Shown piece after piece: positions 13,745 to 27,400 of a DNA stretch of 64,000 nucleotides. This DNA comes from Octopus bimaculoides (Eukaryota). Numbering within the stretch: the first letter of the stretch is position 1; every line of letters starts with the position of its first letter. The notes below the pieces were generated by a model. The model saw only the letters and a program-made list of their open reading frames with translations, had not been told where the DNA came from and ran no database searches. Made by a program: the position numbers and the translations under genes. The stretch covers positions 51,252,209-51,316,208 of the forward strand of contig NC_068998.1 of assembly GCF_001194135.2 (NCBI RefSeq). The letters are read 5' to 3'.

Positions 13745-13935
13745 CATTCTTTTCTTCGTCTGTTCCTTTACTTGTTTTGATCATAGAACTGCGGCCATGC
13801 TGGGGCACGATTTAAGAAGTTTAGTCAAAGAAATCGACCTCAGTGTTTATAGATTATTTTACCAGTTTCTCTTGCCAAACCTCTAATTTACGGGAACGTA
13901 TCCCGACACACACCAGTTGTAAAGCCAGAAGCAGG
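13745..13935 (-). mobile_element. SINE family B, degenerate 3' half
   Basis: ACTGCGGCCATGCTGGGGCACG...TTAGTCAAAGAAATCGACC...ACACCAGTTGTAAAGC. Confidence 0.7.
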
Positions 13936-14104
13936 CAAACACTTAGGTGCGCGTGCAACCACCTAGAGGCACACATACACACATAACAATTCACACACAC
14001 ACACACAATAAATAGTGTAGCCAAATCAAAGTGGTAGTTGAATGTTACTACTAGTTTAAGCCCAGGCGGATTCTCTGCCGGCTGGATTTCGGTGCAAGCT
14101 CTTC

Positions 14105-14105
14105 A

Positions 14106-14156
<51 letters not shown>

Positions 14157-14318
14157 NNNNNNNNNNNNNNNNNNNNNNNNNNNNNNNNNNNNNNNNNNNN
14201 NNNNNNNNNNNNNNNNNNNNNNNNNNNNNNNNNNNNNNNNNNNNNNNNNNNNNNNNNNNNNNNNNNNNNNNNNNNNNNNNNNNNNNNNNNTCTCTCTCTC
14301 TCTTTCTCTCTCTCTCTT

Positions 14319-14349
<31 letters not shown>

Positions 14350-14422
14350 CTCTCTTTCTCTCTCTCTATCTATCTCTCTCTCTCTTTCTCTCTTTCTTTC
14401 TCTCTCTCTTTCTCTCTCTCTA

Positions 14423-14473
<51 letters not shown>

Positions 14474-14516
14474 TTCTCTCTCTCTCTTTCTCTCTCTCTC
14501 TTTCTCTCTCTCTTTT

Positions 14517-14557
<41 letters not shown>

Positions 14558-14582
14558 CTCTCCCTCTCTCTTTCTCTCTCTT

Positions 14583-14665
<83 letters not shown>

Positions 14666-14784
14666 NNNNNNNNNNNNNNNNNNNNNNNNNNNNNNNNNNN
14701 NNNNNNNNNNNNNNNNNNNNNNNNNNNNNNNNNNNNNNNNNNNNNNNNNNNNNNNNNNNNNNNNCTCTCTCTCTCTCTCTCACT

Positions 14785-14820
<36 letters not shown>
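14105..14820. repeat. (CT)n/(CTTT) microsatellite array with two N-gaps (14157-14290, 14666-14764)
   Basis: Direct inspection. Confidence 0.95.
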
Positions 14821-15379
14821 TATGTGTATGTGTGAGTATATGTGTGTAAATATATATTTGTACACACATACATATATACATACGAATACCTATATCTGTG
14901 TATATATATATATATATTTCTGTCTATATATATATATGTATATATACATACATACTCATCTATATGTGGCAGATATAGCGTTACAATCTTACCAGACTGA
15001 ATTCAATTTGATAGATATTGATACAATAACAAAACAACTCAAATAATCATTAGGAGAAGAACATAAAACGAACAGGACAAAAGAACCCGAAGCTATGTAT
15101 TTATGTCTTCTTGTACATAATGAATGTAATGTGTTGTGTATTCCTTTGTTACTTTACAGGCTCTGGTCATTAAACTCCAGCCTTAGAGTCGATTAAGCCG
15201 ACTTCATTGGCAATTGTATTGATTTCAGGAACAATATATTTTGACCAGCCGTTAAAGATATATCTCTAAGCGTGTATGTGCATATGTCTGTGTGTGTGAG
15301 TTTGTGCGTTTGTGCTTCGGTGTATGTATACATATACGTACCCATCTTATACATCAGTGTTTGAGAGTATGTATGCATA

Positions 15380-15598
15380 TACGAGGGGGTGTTGAAAAGT
15401 TCCTGGCTGAAGGGCATCGCGAAGGGCCTGGCTGGAGACCAACCCTTCCCAGTTCTTTTACAGGGCTTAGAAAAACTGAAGGACCGCTGCAATAAGTGTG
15501 TGAATCTGAGAGGGGAATACGCTGAATAAAATCGATATTAAGTTATCCTCCTGTATTATTTTAACCCAAAGCCAGGAACTGTTCAGCACCCTTTCGAA
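15380..15598 (+). mobile_element. Mariner-derived MITE (internally deleted mariner), copy 1
   Basis: TA then 27-bp TIR CGAGGGGGTGTTGAAAAGTTCCTGGCT (15382-15408) and AGCCAGGAACTGTTCAGCACCCTTTCG (15570-15596), 23/27 match. 15452-15529 translates VLLQGLEKLKDRCNKCVNLRGEYAE*, the mariner transposase C-terminal motif (GI.KL..RW.KCV...G.Y.E). Confidence 0.85.
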
Positions 15599-15769
15599 TG
15601 CGTCTATAAGACAGATACATAGATGAGCTTAAGATGTAGATATAGAGATATACCCACATACACACATGTATAGCCATACATGCGTGTATCTATAATATAT
15701 TTTATATGTGGAGAACGTAAAAATACGTAAATACCATACATATATACACTGATACATAAGTATACACGC

Positions 15770-15862
15770 ACACACACACACATGCATGTACACACACACA
15801 TGCATGTACACACACACATGCATGTACACACACACACACATACACACACACACATACATACA

Positions 15863-15905
<43 letters not shown>
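15770..15905. repeat. 18-bp minisatellite (CACACACACATGCATGTA)x3 within a (CA)n tract
   Basis: Direct inspection. Confidence 0.85.
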
Positions 15906-15906
<1 letters not shown>

Positions 15907-16402
15907 TATTTCAATGTCATTAGGGTATGTTACCCGACAATTTCCTGTTTTATGTTCGTCCAGGGATATTGTCTACCAGACAAAACGGAAAACTGTAAAA
16001 TGTTTGTGCAATAAGACAAAATCTCAGACCGACGAATATCCATAAACTTTTATGATGACAAACAAAGGATAGTTCAGGGAGCAATGCATTTTCCTTCTAA
16101 AATTTACAATGGTTTACCTTCATTCAATACAAACAGTACCTGACAATACTTTGCGACTACTGATTGAATACTTCCCCTGTAGCATTCGAGATAATTTACC
16201 TGGTAAAATGACTTGCGCTTTACATTCCGTGTGTGTGTGTGTGTGTATCTGTGTGTGTGTATAAAAATAATGCATTTCTAAATCTCTCGTGCATATATAT
16301 TTGTATGTATGTATATATACACTACGTACTACGTACAAATGTGTATGCTCGCCTGTTTATATATTATGCGTATGTATGTATACACACACACACACACACA
16401 CA

Positions 16403-17114
16403 NNNNNNNNNNNNNNNNNNNNNNNNNNNNNNNNNNNNNNNNNNNNNNNNNNNNNNNNNNNNNNNNNNNNNNNNNNNNNNNNNNNNNNNNNNNNNNNNNN
16501 NNNNNNNNNNNNNNNNNNNNNNNNNNNNNNNNNNNNNNNNNNNNNNNNNNNNNNNNNNNNNNNNNNNNNNNNNNNNNNNNNNNNNNNNNNNNNNNNNNNN
16601 NNNNNNNNNNNNNNNNNNNNNNNNNNNNNNNNNNNNNNNNNNNNNNNNNNNNNNNNNNNNNNNNNNNNNNNNNNNNNNNNNNNNNNNNNNNNNNNNNNNN
16701 NNNNNNNNNNNNNNNNNNNNNNNNNNNNNNNNNNNNNNNNNNNNNNNNNNNNNNNNNNNNNNNNNNNNNNNNNNNNNNNNNNNNNNNNNNNNNNNNNNNN
16801 NNNNNNNNNNNNNNNNNNNNNNNNNNNNNNNNNNNNNNNNNNNNNNNNNNNNNNNNNNNNNNNNNNNNNNNNNNNNNNNNNNNNNNNNNNNNNNNNNNNN
16901 NNNNNNNNNNNNNNNNNNNNNNNNNNNNNNNNNNNNNNNNNNNNNNNNNNNNNNNNNNNNNNNNNNNNNNNNNNNNNNNNNNNNNNNNNNNNNNNNNNNN
17001 NNNNNNNNNNNNNNNNNNNNNNNNNNNNNNNNNNNNNNNNNNNNNNNNNNNNNNNNNNNNNNNNNNNNNNNNNNNNNNNNNNNNNNNNNNNNNNNNNNNN
17101 NNNNNNNNNNNNNN
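16403..17114. other. Assembly gap (largest N-run) between (CA)n and (TA)n
   Basis: N-run. Other gaps: 2327-2336, 14157-14290, 14666-14764, 18152-18161, 35414-35979, 36532-36766, 54823-54842, 63289-63347. Confidence 0.99.
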
Positions 17115-17161
<47 letters not shown>

Positions 17162-17456
17162 CACGCACACACACAGAGGCAAGTATATATGTATAAATTA
17201 TGTATACACACACACAAATACATGTATATATGTATATATATAAACTCATGAACATGCTCATCCACACACATAAAGACGTTCGCAACTAATGTGGTCCATG
17301 CATTGCAATTGCAAACGATTAAAAGTAGCCATCGCTAGTGAAGGTGACACTCATAAATTTTGAATCGCTCACCACTCCCTCCTCACCTCTCTCTCACAAT
17401 TACTCACCCACCCATTTCCCACTTTCTCTGTTTCTCCTTCTCTCTCGTTGTCTCTC

Positions 17457-17500
<44 letters not shown>

Positions 17501-18113
17501 CAAAAGGTGATAGACCCCGATGGCGCCAAAACATTCCTGAGGATCGTAAATAAGGAATGAAGCCCATCATGTATATATCATGACGTGATATATACTATAT
17601 ATGTGTATGCGTGTGTATGTATGGGTGTATGCATACATATATACATGTACGTACATGTATATATATACATATATATACAGAATGTACATATATATATCCA
17701 CATATGAGTATTTACTCACAAACATTCACACATATGCATAGATAAATAAGTTGATGGTTGGATGTTTGAATGTAGTGACAATCTAGAAAACTATGCAAAA
17801 ACTACAAATTTTACTGATTAGATTTTGGACTGCATTATGTGCGCATACACATACGTGTGTATGTGCGCTCATGTTCGGATGTGTGCGTGTGTAGGCCCGA
17901 GGCCGCGCGTGTGTGTGACATGCACACACACACATGTATATGTATGTATGCATCTAGGCAGTTCGACGATAATTTAACCGATTGAAACTTCGAAGTCACT
18001 GCCAATAATATTCGTGTTTCAAAATAATAAATATTAATGTATATATATGTGTATGTATAGAAAGAAAGGCAGATAGACAGACAGATAGATAGCAGATAGA
18101 CAGACATGCAGGT

Positions 18114-18151
<38 letters not shown>

Positions 18152-18161
18152 NNNNNNNNNN

Positions 18162-18200
<39 letters not shown>

Positions 18201-18923
18201 TAAACAAAGATAGATCGATCGATCGATCGATAGATAGATAGATAGATAAATGACTATATATATGTGTGAATTAGTTTATGTACATAACTACATCACTTAA
18301 CACCAGCGTCACTAATACCTCATACTATAAACTCGAACAAGAACCGCATACACCGAAGTATGCGCAACTTTTTTCAACAACAACGCTGTTCCTTTTGTTT
18401 GTATTGCAAAAGAGAAACTTCACATTATGAACACTAAAATCTTAAAGGAAACGCATATCATAATTACCATTTTCGAGTCTCCTAATTTCGTGGCTAGACT
18501 TGAGGAAATCTATTTAATCTCATTGAATATGACAAATTATTGATTTTGCTAATATTGTTTTACTGCAAACAAATTTTCGTCTCGTTTATTATTTCGTTTA
18601 CTTACTTCCATCACCATTTTCAATAAACCTAAGATTGAAGCCAGCCATGATTCAATATATTTTATTCAAATCTATAATTAGTGTTGCGATATTAAGAAAG
18701 ACCATTTATTTACTCAAACATCGAGCAGTTTTTTTTTCTTTCTAACGAATGACAGTTTCTTGTATGTATGTGTACATGTGCGTGCGTGCGTGTATGCGTG
18801 CGTGAATGATAGAGGGATGGATAAATAGAGAGAGAGAGATAGATAGATAGACAGATATATAGATAGATAGGGAGGTAGCTAGGTAGATAAATAGATAGAT
18901 ATACATATATACAGACATATACA

Positions 18924-18954
<31 letters not shown>

Positions 18955-19667
18955 TATATACATATATATACACAGATGGATATATATATGTGTGTGTGTG
19001 TGTGTATATATAAATAGGAGAGGATGAGGATGAGGAACAGGAGGAGGGGAGGAAGAAGAAGAAGAAGATCTTTATTCTGTTAGACATGATATTAGAACAT
19101 GTTGAAAAAATGTAAGATGAAAAGCCAACCTGGAAAAAGCAGACCACGTAGAATTCCAAAAGTGATCCAGGAGAAGCTATCCACAACAATTCATATAGAA
19201 GCCAACATTCTAACCAAACAGCAAATTCTCTCGAGCACAAGCCATTCAAACTGGAATCGATTAACTAATGTCAAGCTGCTGAGTCAGAGCAGAAAACAAC
19301 GAATCGATGCTCCGACAAACTTGATGAATAACGAGAAGACCATTAGGTTTGCAACACAATTTTCTGTTGGGCGGAGCAATGTCTATCAAAAGGAGAAAAG
19401 TAATAAAAATCTTTGCTATCCGATTCTTGTGGTATGTTATTACACAGTATTTTAAATAATAGTGTTTCTGTAAATCCTGTCAGTCTTTTTATTGGGACTT
19501 CACGCCCAAGGGAGAGTTGTTGGTAGATGAGATATACTTACGGGAACATTTAATTTCATTGATGAATGGGAATAAAGTGACAGAGGGGAAAGTCACATAA
19601 GGATCCATGAACCATAATTGAGATTTTCCAATTACTGGAGGTTACTAAAAATTTTAACAGTAGAAAT

Positions 19668-19712
<45 letters not shown>

Positions 19713-19714
<2 letters not shown>

Positions 19715-19880
19715 GAGGAGTGGCTGTGTGGTAAGTAGCTTGCTTATCAATCACATCGTTCCGGGTTCAGTTCCACTGAGTGACAACTTGGTCAAGTGTT
19801 TTCTACTATCGCCTGGGGCCGACTAAAGCTTTGTGAGTGGATTTAGTAGACGGAAACTGAAAAAAGCCCGTCGTATATAT
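19713..19880 (+). mobile_element. SINE family B, 5' half with Pol III A/B boxes
   Basis: A-box-like TGGCTGTGTGG (19721-19731), B-box-like GGTTCAGTTCC (19764-19774), then GTAGACGGAAACTGAAAAAAGCCCGTCG. Confidence 0.85.
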
Positions 19881-19896
19881 GTTTATGTGTGTGTGG

Positions 19897-20020
19897 TTGA
19901 GTGGATTGGAGCAAGTTGAAATTAGATGTTTTGCTTAAGAACACAACACACCATCTGGTCTGGGAACCGAAACTACGATCTTCCGATCGTGAGTGCAACA
20001 CTGTAACTACTAGGCCAAGT
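19897..20020 (-). mobile_element. SINE family C, 5' part
   Basis: Reverse complement TGGCCTAGTAGTTACAGTGTTGCACTCACGATCGGAAGATCGTAGTTTCGGTTCCC...GTTGTGTTCTTAAGCAAAAC...CTTGCTCCAATCCACTC. Confidence 0.75.
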
Positions 20021-20188
20021 GCCTCCGCTAGAACTACATTAATTGAAATACCCTTCTTTTTAAATAGTATACTTTAAGAGAAATTCGGCTAGTTTTTCTT
20101 AGGCATGGAAGCACTTTTGTCGTCTCGGTGTCTGTCAGTGGTTAGATCCCAGAATGTAATAGACATAAGGATAGACCGAGAGACAGGG

Positions 20189-20240
<52 letters not shown>

Positions 20241-20769
20241 GTTGGTTGATTGACGAAGACAACTAGAAAATAGCATGATTAATAAGTGCGTTATGTAGCC
20301 AAATAGCTCAATTAATTACTAACCAATGGAATCCTTGGATTGGAACTAAAACTAATTAAAACGTTACCGTTGGAACCAAACTTTTATTCAGAGATCTAAA
20401 TTAACTTCCAACACAAGGAATCATTGAAAGAAAAACTAATTAAAACGCTACTTCGTAGATTTTAAAATTTGATTGAGGATTTATAATTCGTAAGGAATTT
20501 TGATTCTTCGTTTAATTACGACTAATGACTCATTAATGTGATATTTATTCATTATTTGACTCAGTGTTTTTACGTTTCCTTCTAAGAGATACCGATTTCA
20601 TTTCTTGCAATTCTTTATTTGACAATTCACGTGTCTTTTATATCTTTCATTCGGAAACTTGGCGTCGCATCAAATGAATAACTTCCATTGTTTTATTTGA
20701 AATTAAAATTAAATGTTAAAGTTTTATTTCATATTATAATGGATGTGTGAAAGCCTGTAACGTTTTGGT

Positions 20770-21030
20770 CTGGGATGCTGGGCTCGGGATCGTGAGATCG
20801 CGGTTTCGATTCCTAGACTGGCTGTGTGTTGTGTTCTTGAGTAAAACATTTCATTTCATGTTACCCCAGCCCATTCTGTTGCAAGTAGGTAACTCTGCAA
20901 TAGACTAGCCTTAAGACCAGGGGATAGTTGGCCTGCTTGCCTAACTAGTCGAGGTGGCATCATTTGAAAGCTAAAGGGATGCGAATTGCATTGTGACCAC
21001 ATTCTAGTCGACATAATGGATGTATCGTGA
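20770..21030 (+). mobile_element. SINE family C variant
   Basis: GATCGTGAGATCGCGGTTTCGATTCCTAGACTGG...GTTGTGTTCTTGAGTAAAACATTTCATTTCATGTT. Confidence 0.7.
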
Positions 21031-21051
21031 TAATGGATTTATGCAAGGGAC

Positions 21052-21104
<53 letters not shown>

Positions 21105-21999
21105 GACCTTTCACACAAACACACACATAAGTATACTCGATAATAGGCGATGGATCAAGTAACTTTTAACACAGAGTGGTAGCACCTCGAGTCTTTCTAA
21201 AACAAAGCTGTAAAAAGCTTATCACGCTATTGTTGCTGTTCTGTTTGTATGGAGAGAACTTTACAACAACATTCTATCACAGAAATCGCATTTAATGACA
21301 CATAACGTAGGTATTGTCAAAACACCGATAGCAGTTCTGTGTCCACTATTTCCTAAAAAGCCTAATGGAATGTTGCATCATTGTTGATAGTACATATATT
21401 AGGTATCCATCAAACAGACATAAATATTTAGGTATGACACTGTATTATCCAAATATTTAATTATTTATCCAGATGTTGTATGAGTACCGTTTTTTAAATA
21501 CTTTCAAGAATCAAATCCATTATCGATTTGTAAAACGAGAATTCTTACTTCATCTGTTTACGCTATTGTAGATTTAATCGATCGTAAACTCTAAACAATT
21601 TCAAACGGAAAATTGGAGTTATGTGTAGGGATACCTATAAAAGCATGAAAGCATACAGATTTTGTAGAAATTATTCGTATTTTAAAATAGAAAATGTGTG
21701 TGCATGTTTGTGTGTATGCGTGTGATTTTGAAGTTCTTAGCCTTCTGTGCGTTAATTTAAATTTACGGTACTATATGTATGTGTGTATGCGTGTCACTGA
21801 ATATATACATGTATATACATATATAGAGATAATATAAATATATGTACATAAATACATGCATATCCATAAATATATATCATTCGAAGTGTTGAGTATTATA
21901 TATCCATCTGCCTGATCTTACCAATCGGTTTCGCGCGAGTCGTACAACGAAGTGTTAGGTAACAATCCGACCATATAAGCCTATGCTCATCAAAGGTAG

Positions 22000-22037
<38 letters not shown>

Positions 22038-22483
22038 ATAGGATATTATTGTTAATAATTTACAATAATATCAGTGGCTAGCATGCGTAAACGAACTATG
22101 AAGGCAAAATTAATAATTGATAACGAAGGGTACTACTTGTAGCACCCACATGCTGAAGATAGCAGTCAACATGACTCTAAACCAGTTTTAACTTGTACAT
22201 GATGGTGAAATTGAGGGAACGAGCAGTAGAATTTTAAGACCCCGTACCATAGACGAAAAGAATGGAAAATGAGAATCAGACACACCCATATGACCCATTC
22301 ACGAAGTTCGATATGACTGTGGTAAGGGTATGTAACATATGAAATATGTTCTATTTAAAAGATATATGAATATTGAAACATGTGTGTGTGTGGGTGTAGT
22401 TGTGTGTGTATATATCTGTTTGTATGTGCATATATATGTATACACTCATATATATGCATATCAAATTTCTCTCTCTCTCTCTG

Positions 22484-22550
<67 letters not shown>

Positions 22551-22580
22551 GTAATTTGAAATAAGAGTTATAGATGGATG

Positions 22581-22613
<33 letters not shown>

Positions 22614-23108
22614 GCAGGCAGACACAGACAGACACACATAGATAGATAGATAGATGAGGTTATAGGCACATCTCTTAAGAACACTCAAACGCTATTGCTT
22701 TACATCATCAGCGTTTTAAAATGAAAGACCGTAAAACTTGGGAATGTTTTCCAAATTAAACATAAATATATTGTTTCACTGATTTGATGATGAAATACAA
22801 AAATACGTTTGACATTAAGCCCGTAATTTAGCTCTAGGAAAGATTAAGTTGTCAACACATTATGTATTTAATATTTCTCTTTAAACCAACATGATGGCAG
22901 ATGTTCCTTCAGTGAGAAGTCGATGGAATTAGATGTTTTCCCTTACCTAAAATCTGCAAGTAAACAAAGAATTAGATTTTTCTTCCAATGATGGGTTCGA
23001 AATGACCTTGCTGTCATTCTTTTGTATGAAATAATATATCACAATAAAGCTAAATATAATTATTACACTTAGTGTTCGTTGAAGATGACTATCATAATCA
23101 TTCTGTAG

Positions 23109-23144
<36 letters not shown>

Positions 23145-23429
23145 CGGCTGCAACTCACTTCAAGTAACGCTATCGTTTGATGCAGTTTCCTAGCTTCCTA
23201 AAGGACAGAGCCTTTTGTACACATAGGAAGCGATGGCCACCTTCTGTAATAGGCGTTGGAATATTGTTTGATGACTCTTGATATGATATTTCAATTCGCC
23301 TTATCTCATGCATTTTTCCCCATTCGCAGCAAGTAGACATCCTGTACAATGCGTATGGTCACTTTGTAAAGCAAGCTTTGCTTACACAGGCAATCCAAGT
23401 TCGTTTCAAGCTAAATAGGGCTGTACTGC

Positions 23430-23523
<94 letters not shown>

Positions 23524-24819
23524 TTGTGAGTGAGGGTGCCGAAGAAACGATGCAAGAAATCAGATTTAAAAGCTCAGAAGCGCGCAACATGTACACCGTA
23601 CCAGGGGCGATATCTGGCTCGATGGAGTCTATAGGACTTCATTATTTTCCATTTATCAAATCCTTACTAAAGTTATTTGTTTTAGCACAAAAATTATTTT
23701 CTCGTAGTGTTTTATATTTTTTATCACTATTTTTCTTCTACAACTTTTTTATTGCTTTTTAAATAAGATCGAATATATTTAAGATATATATCGAAAGACT
23801 GCTAAATGGGAAAAATACGAACGAATTTATCTGACAAGCCAGTGAATAACTACATCTACGATAAATTTTTTTTATACATCTATGCATGTTTCTACTGGAG
23901 AATTTTGTTAATCCTGAACACAATCGATAAACATGAGCACTTTATGCTTGTTCCCCAAGATGTACCTGATTCTCGTTTTAAAAAACAAAAATGTTGATGC
24001 ATTTCTCAAACCACGAATATTAAAAAAATATTACTAATAACAATCCAGAGGGAGTTCATTTTATTTCAAATTGCATAATATTGTGAAATGGTTAATGGAG
24101 AAAAACAACTAAAATTGACTAAAGAGAAATCATCCATAATCAAAGCCAAAATACAAGGTTTTTAAAGTACTTCATTGTTGATTGCGCACATCGACACTGG
24201 CAAAGATGAAAGAAATGTTTTTACATATTAAGCAACGCATTATTTGTTGTCTAAAAGACTCTTTATATTATCTAATGCTTGAAAACACGCACACAGACTC
24301 ACTCATACATACATTCGTAGACACACTTTCCTCTGAATACTTTAAAAGATCGAACTATCTATCTGAAAAGCTTTTAGATCAATTGTACGCGCTGAGATAG
24401 AAAAACCTTTCTATTTTAGTTTATGTGGTATTTTTTCTGTTTTATTTATTTCATATTCTGTATTTTTTAAATTTAATCTTTCAATAAAATCAACCGTTGT
24501 TCCTCCACTGGTGGATTAAGGCCTTTTATTTTCTGCGTATGCTGTCAGTGGCCAGCTCGAAGAGATGTATCAGATGAGATTGTTGGTCCCTTGAGTAGCG
24601 GACAGATAATCCCTAAGTCACAGATCAAAGCCTAACTCTACCAACAAGCAGTAGGCTTGCACACTATAATAGAGCTGGAGCTCCTTAACTGTGTTCTGTG
24701 TATATATTTTATTGATGTACATCACTGAACTATGTATACAACGTATGCACTTTTATATCGGTCAAAGAGATGCTTCTAGTTTATGTATTCTTCCAGTTTC
24801 GTTGTATTATATATGACAG

Positions 24820-24869
<50 letters not shown>

Positions 24870-24874
24870 ACCAA

Positions 24875-25091
24875 TAATGTTGGTTTTAAATTTTGTCACG
24901 AGGCTGGCAAGTTCAACAGAGGGATTACGTCGATTATACTGAGCCCATTGCTCAACTTATTTTATCTACCCCGAAAGGATGAAAGGCAAAGTCGAACCAC
25001 AGCAGAATTTGAACTGAAAATGTAAATACGGACGAAATGCCACTAAGCATTTTATCCGAGGTGCTAACGATTCTACTAAGTGGCCGCCTTA
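24875..25091 (-). mobile_element. tRNA-derived SINE, family A
   Basis: CCCCGAAAGGATGAAAGGCAAAGTCGA...GAATTTGAACT...ACGAAATGCCACTAAGCATTT...GTGCTAACGATTCT...CCGCCTTA is the reverse complement of the copy at 30423. Confidence 0.85.
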
Positions 25092-26504
25092 ATGATAACG
25101 ATGTTTTTGTTTTTTAATTTAAGCAATATTTAAAACACTTGTTGCATTGCCACCATAAATACTAAAGGTATGATTCACACCACACTGTATGTCTTGATTC
25201 GGTTTTTAGAATCATTTAAAATTTCGAAGACCCTTCCTTTACGCAACTTGTCATTGCCATTCGTAACGTGCCATCTCACAATGAGTGTAACATCGGTTAA
25301 GTAAACATTCTTAGGTGTTATTTACAAAGTGCATGTTTTATTAATCCAGTTTGGAATAACATTGTTGCTAAGGCTAGTGAACGGCTTTTAGAGAATATAG
25401 TTACTAGTGAAAATTAATCCCCTATTAAGGAATATTATTATCTTATTATTATCTTCAATAGCTTCCAAATCTTTCCTCGTTTCTACGTCACCAAACTTTT
25501 CACACTATGGCGTGGGGAGGGAACTATTTGAGCGGTTGGTTCCTTGTTTTCTAGTCTCCGTCTAACTTTTCAGCTTTTATGATCGAAGACGAGGTGATAT
25601 CTGTTTGTTGGCTCCAGGCAAAAACGAACTTGTTTTTGCTACATACTACTATCATTCAGTTCTTATTTCATCCAGATGAACCGTAAATAGCATTCACCTG
25701 GTGCTAGTAATGTTACCAAAGGTTAATCCTGGCTTTGCACATTTGCTGCTAGAATTGATAAGTTCAGAATAATCTTCACTCGGCAAAATGTTCTTGTATT
25801 TATGAGCGTTGTTATTGTTCGCATTTACTCAGTGAACGCTCAGTATCATATTACCTCTCACAGCTAAATATCTTTCTTACGAGATGTTTACGTCTTGCAG
25901 TGCAGCTAAATTTTCTTGTTCTTTATGGTCTACGTAATCTCATTCTGTTGATTGACAAGGTGTGAGACATAGTGTCTCTGGCACGAAATCAACTTGGATT
26001 GAGTGTCAACACAAATAAAATTATGTTCAAAACCTTGTTTCTCACTCGGTATGTGAGAGCAATGCAGGTTAACGTGCTAAGATTTCTCTGAAGGTCTCAT
26101 TTTAAAAAATGTTTTCCAGTTTTATTTGGTAAATGTCCAAATTTTCCTGAGCGATTAAATCACATGGTTGGATGCGCCAATAATAATAGTAATAATAATA
26201 ATAATAAGAAGAAGAATCTCTGATCGCAAACAGCATTAGTGGGGTAGCATCATAGCCATGTGTTAAAAGGGATTCTTTGAGGTTTGAATACTTCACCCCT
26301 GGAGACATGGATATTTCGTTTAGCATCCTTAAGTAAGTCTTATTCATGGACCTTTTCAGCAAGGACATTCGCTGTTTATCTTGGTATGAGGTCAGCATGT
26401 CACGCACACATGGTTGTGATGCGTGTGACTGGTGTACCCTTGTCAGATGGGTAGACATGATGGGTATAATGGGCTTCGTATATTTGTACTCCAGTGTCAC
26501 TTTG

Positions 26505-26700
26505 ATGGCACACCGGGTAAAATGCCTAGCGCTATTTCGTCCGCCGTTCGTTCTGAATTCAAATTGCGCCGGGTTCGACGTTGAATTTTATTCACTCGGG
26601 GTCGATAACATAAGTACCAGATGATAATTAGGGTTGATGTAATCGACTTGCCCCATCCCCATGAATTCCACAACTTGTGGCTGTAGTAGAAATGTTTCTT
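26505..26700 (+). mobile_element. SINE family A
   Basis: CACACCGGGTAAAATGCCTAGCGCTATTTCGTCCG...TTCTGAATTCAAATT...CGGGGTCGATAACATAAGTACCAG. Confidence 0.8.
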
Positions 26701-27199
26701 CTTCTTCTTCTTTTTCTTCTTCTTCTTCTTATTATCATAGCAACAACAACACTAAAATACTTACGAACGTCTAGGAAGATCATAAAGTATTACACGTGAT
26801 ATTGACTGAACATGATAATAACTAAAGGAAATGTGAAAAGAAAATAACTGACAGGATTGGTTGTCGGCGCCTTTGAATGCTTAGAGATAGATCATTGTTC
26901 TGCGAAGCCATATATCATTGTGTCATGTATTACAGATACGAAATAAAATAGGTTACCGAAGGAAGACATTCAATTGCGCCTAATCAAAATGATGTCATTG
27001 ATACAACAGGAAAATCTGTGAAAGTGTAAACAGCGAATATATGTGGTGTCTGAAAAGCAAATAAATAAAATACTCTCAAGACATAATATAATGATAGGCG
27101 CGTTGGCAAAGGTACGACGAGACGTTACTAATGAAACTCTCAAAGTAGGGCAGGTCAGTACCGAGATACTATAGAACACATATGTAATCTTTTAATTTT

Positions 27200-27400
27200 T
27201 ATAAGTTTCAGTCATTTATTTGCGGCTGGGTAAATCCCGCTTGAAGGGTTTTAGTCAAATAAATCGACACCAATACTAACGACTTTTTAAGGAGTAGAAC
27301 ATTATCAGTCGGTCTTTTTGCCGAACCGGTAACTTGCAGTTCTACACAAAGAAATACCTGTTGCTAAGCGCCGGTGAGGTAACAAATAGAGACAAAAAGA
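27200..27400 (-). mobile_element. SINE family B, 3' half
   Basis: GTTTCAGTCATTTATTTGCGGC...TTTAGTCAAATAAATCGAC...TCGGTCTTTTTGCCGAACCG. Confidence 0.7.

Noticed and set aside
14038-17285. Long ORFs of 240-336 aa (also at 35232-36993)
   Set aside because: They consist of N-gap X residues and dinucleotide-repeat translations (SL, ER, HT, YI, CV); not coding.
19713-19790. tRNA genes (here and at 30423, 40830, 63840)
   Set aside because: A/B boxes are present but no cloverleaf could be folded, and each continues into SINE body sequence.
25700-25900. Minus-strand frames ANNNNAHKYKNILPSEDYSEL... ending at CAG|GTGAAT
   Set aside because: In-frame stop immediately upstream, no credible acceptor and no homology recognised.
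26220-26500. ORF 26102-26500 / 26346-26624 as coding sequence
   Set aside because: Sandwiched between an (AAT)n tract and a SINE, with no recognisable domain; probably a decayed interspersed repeat, but no second copy in the window confirms it.
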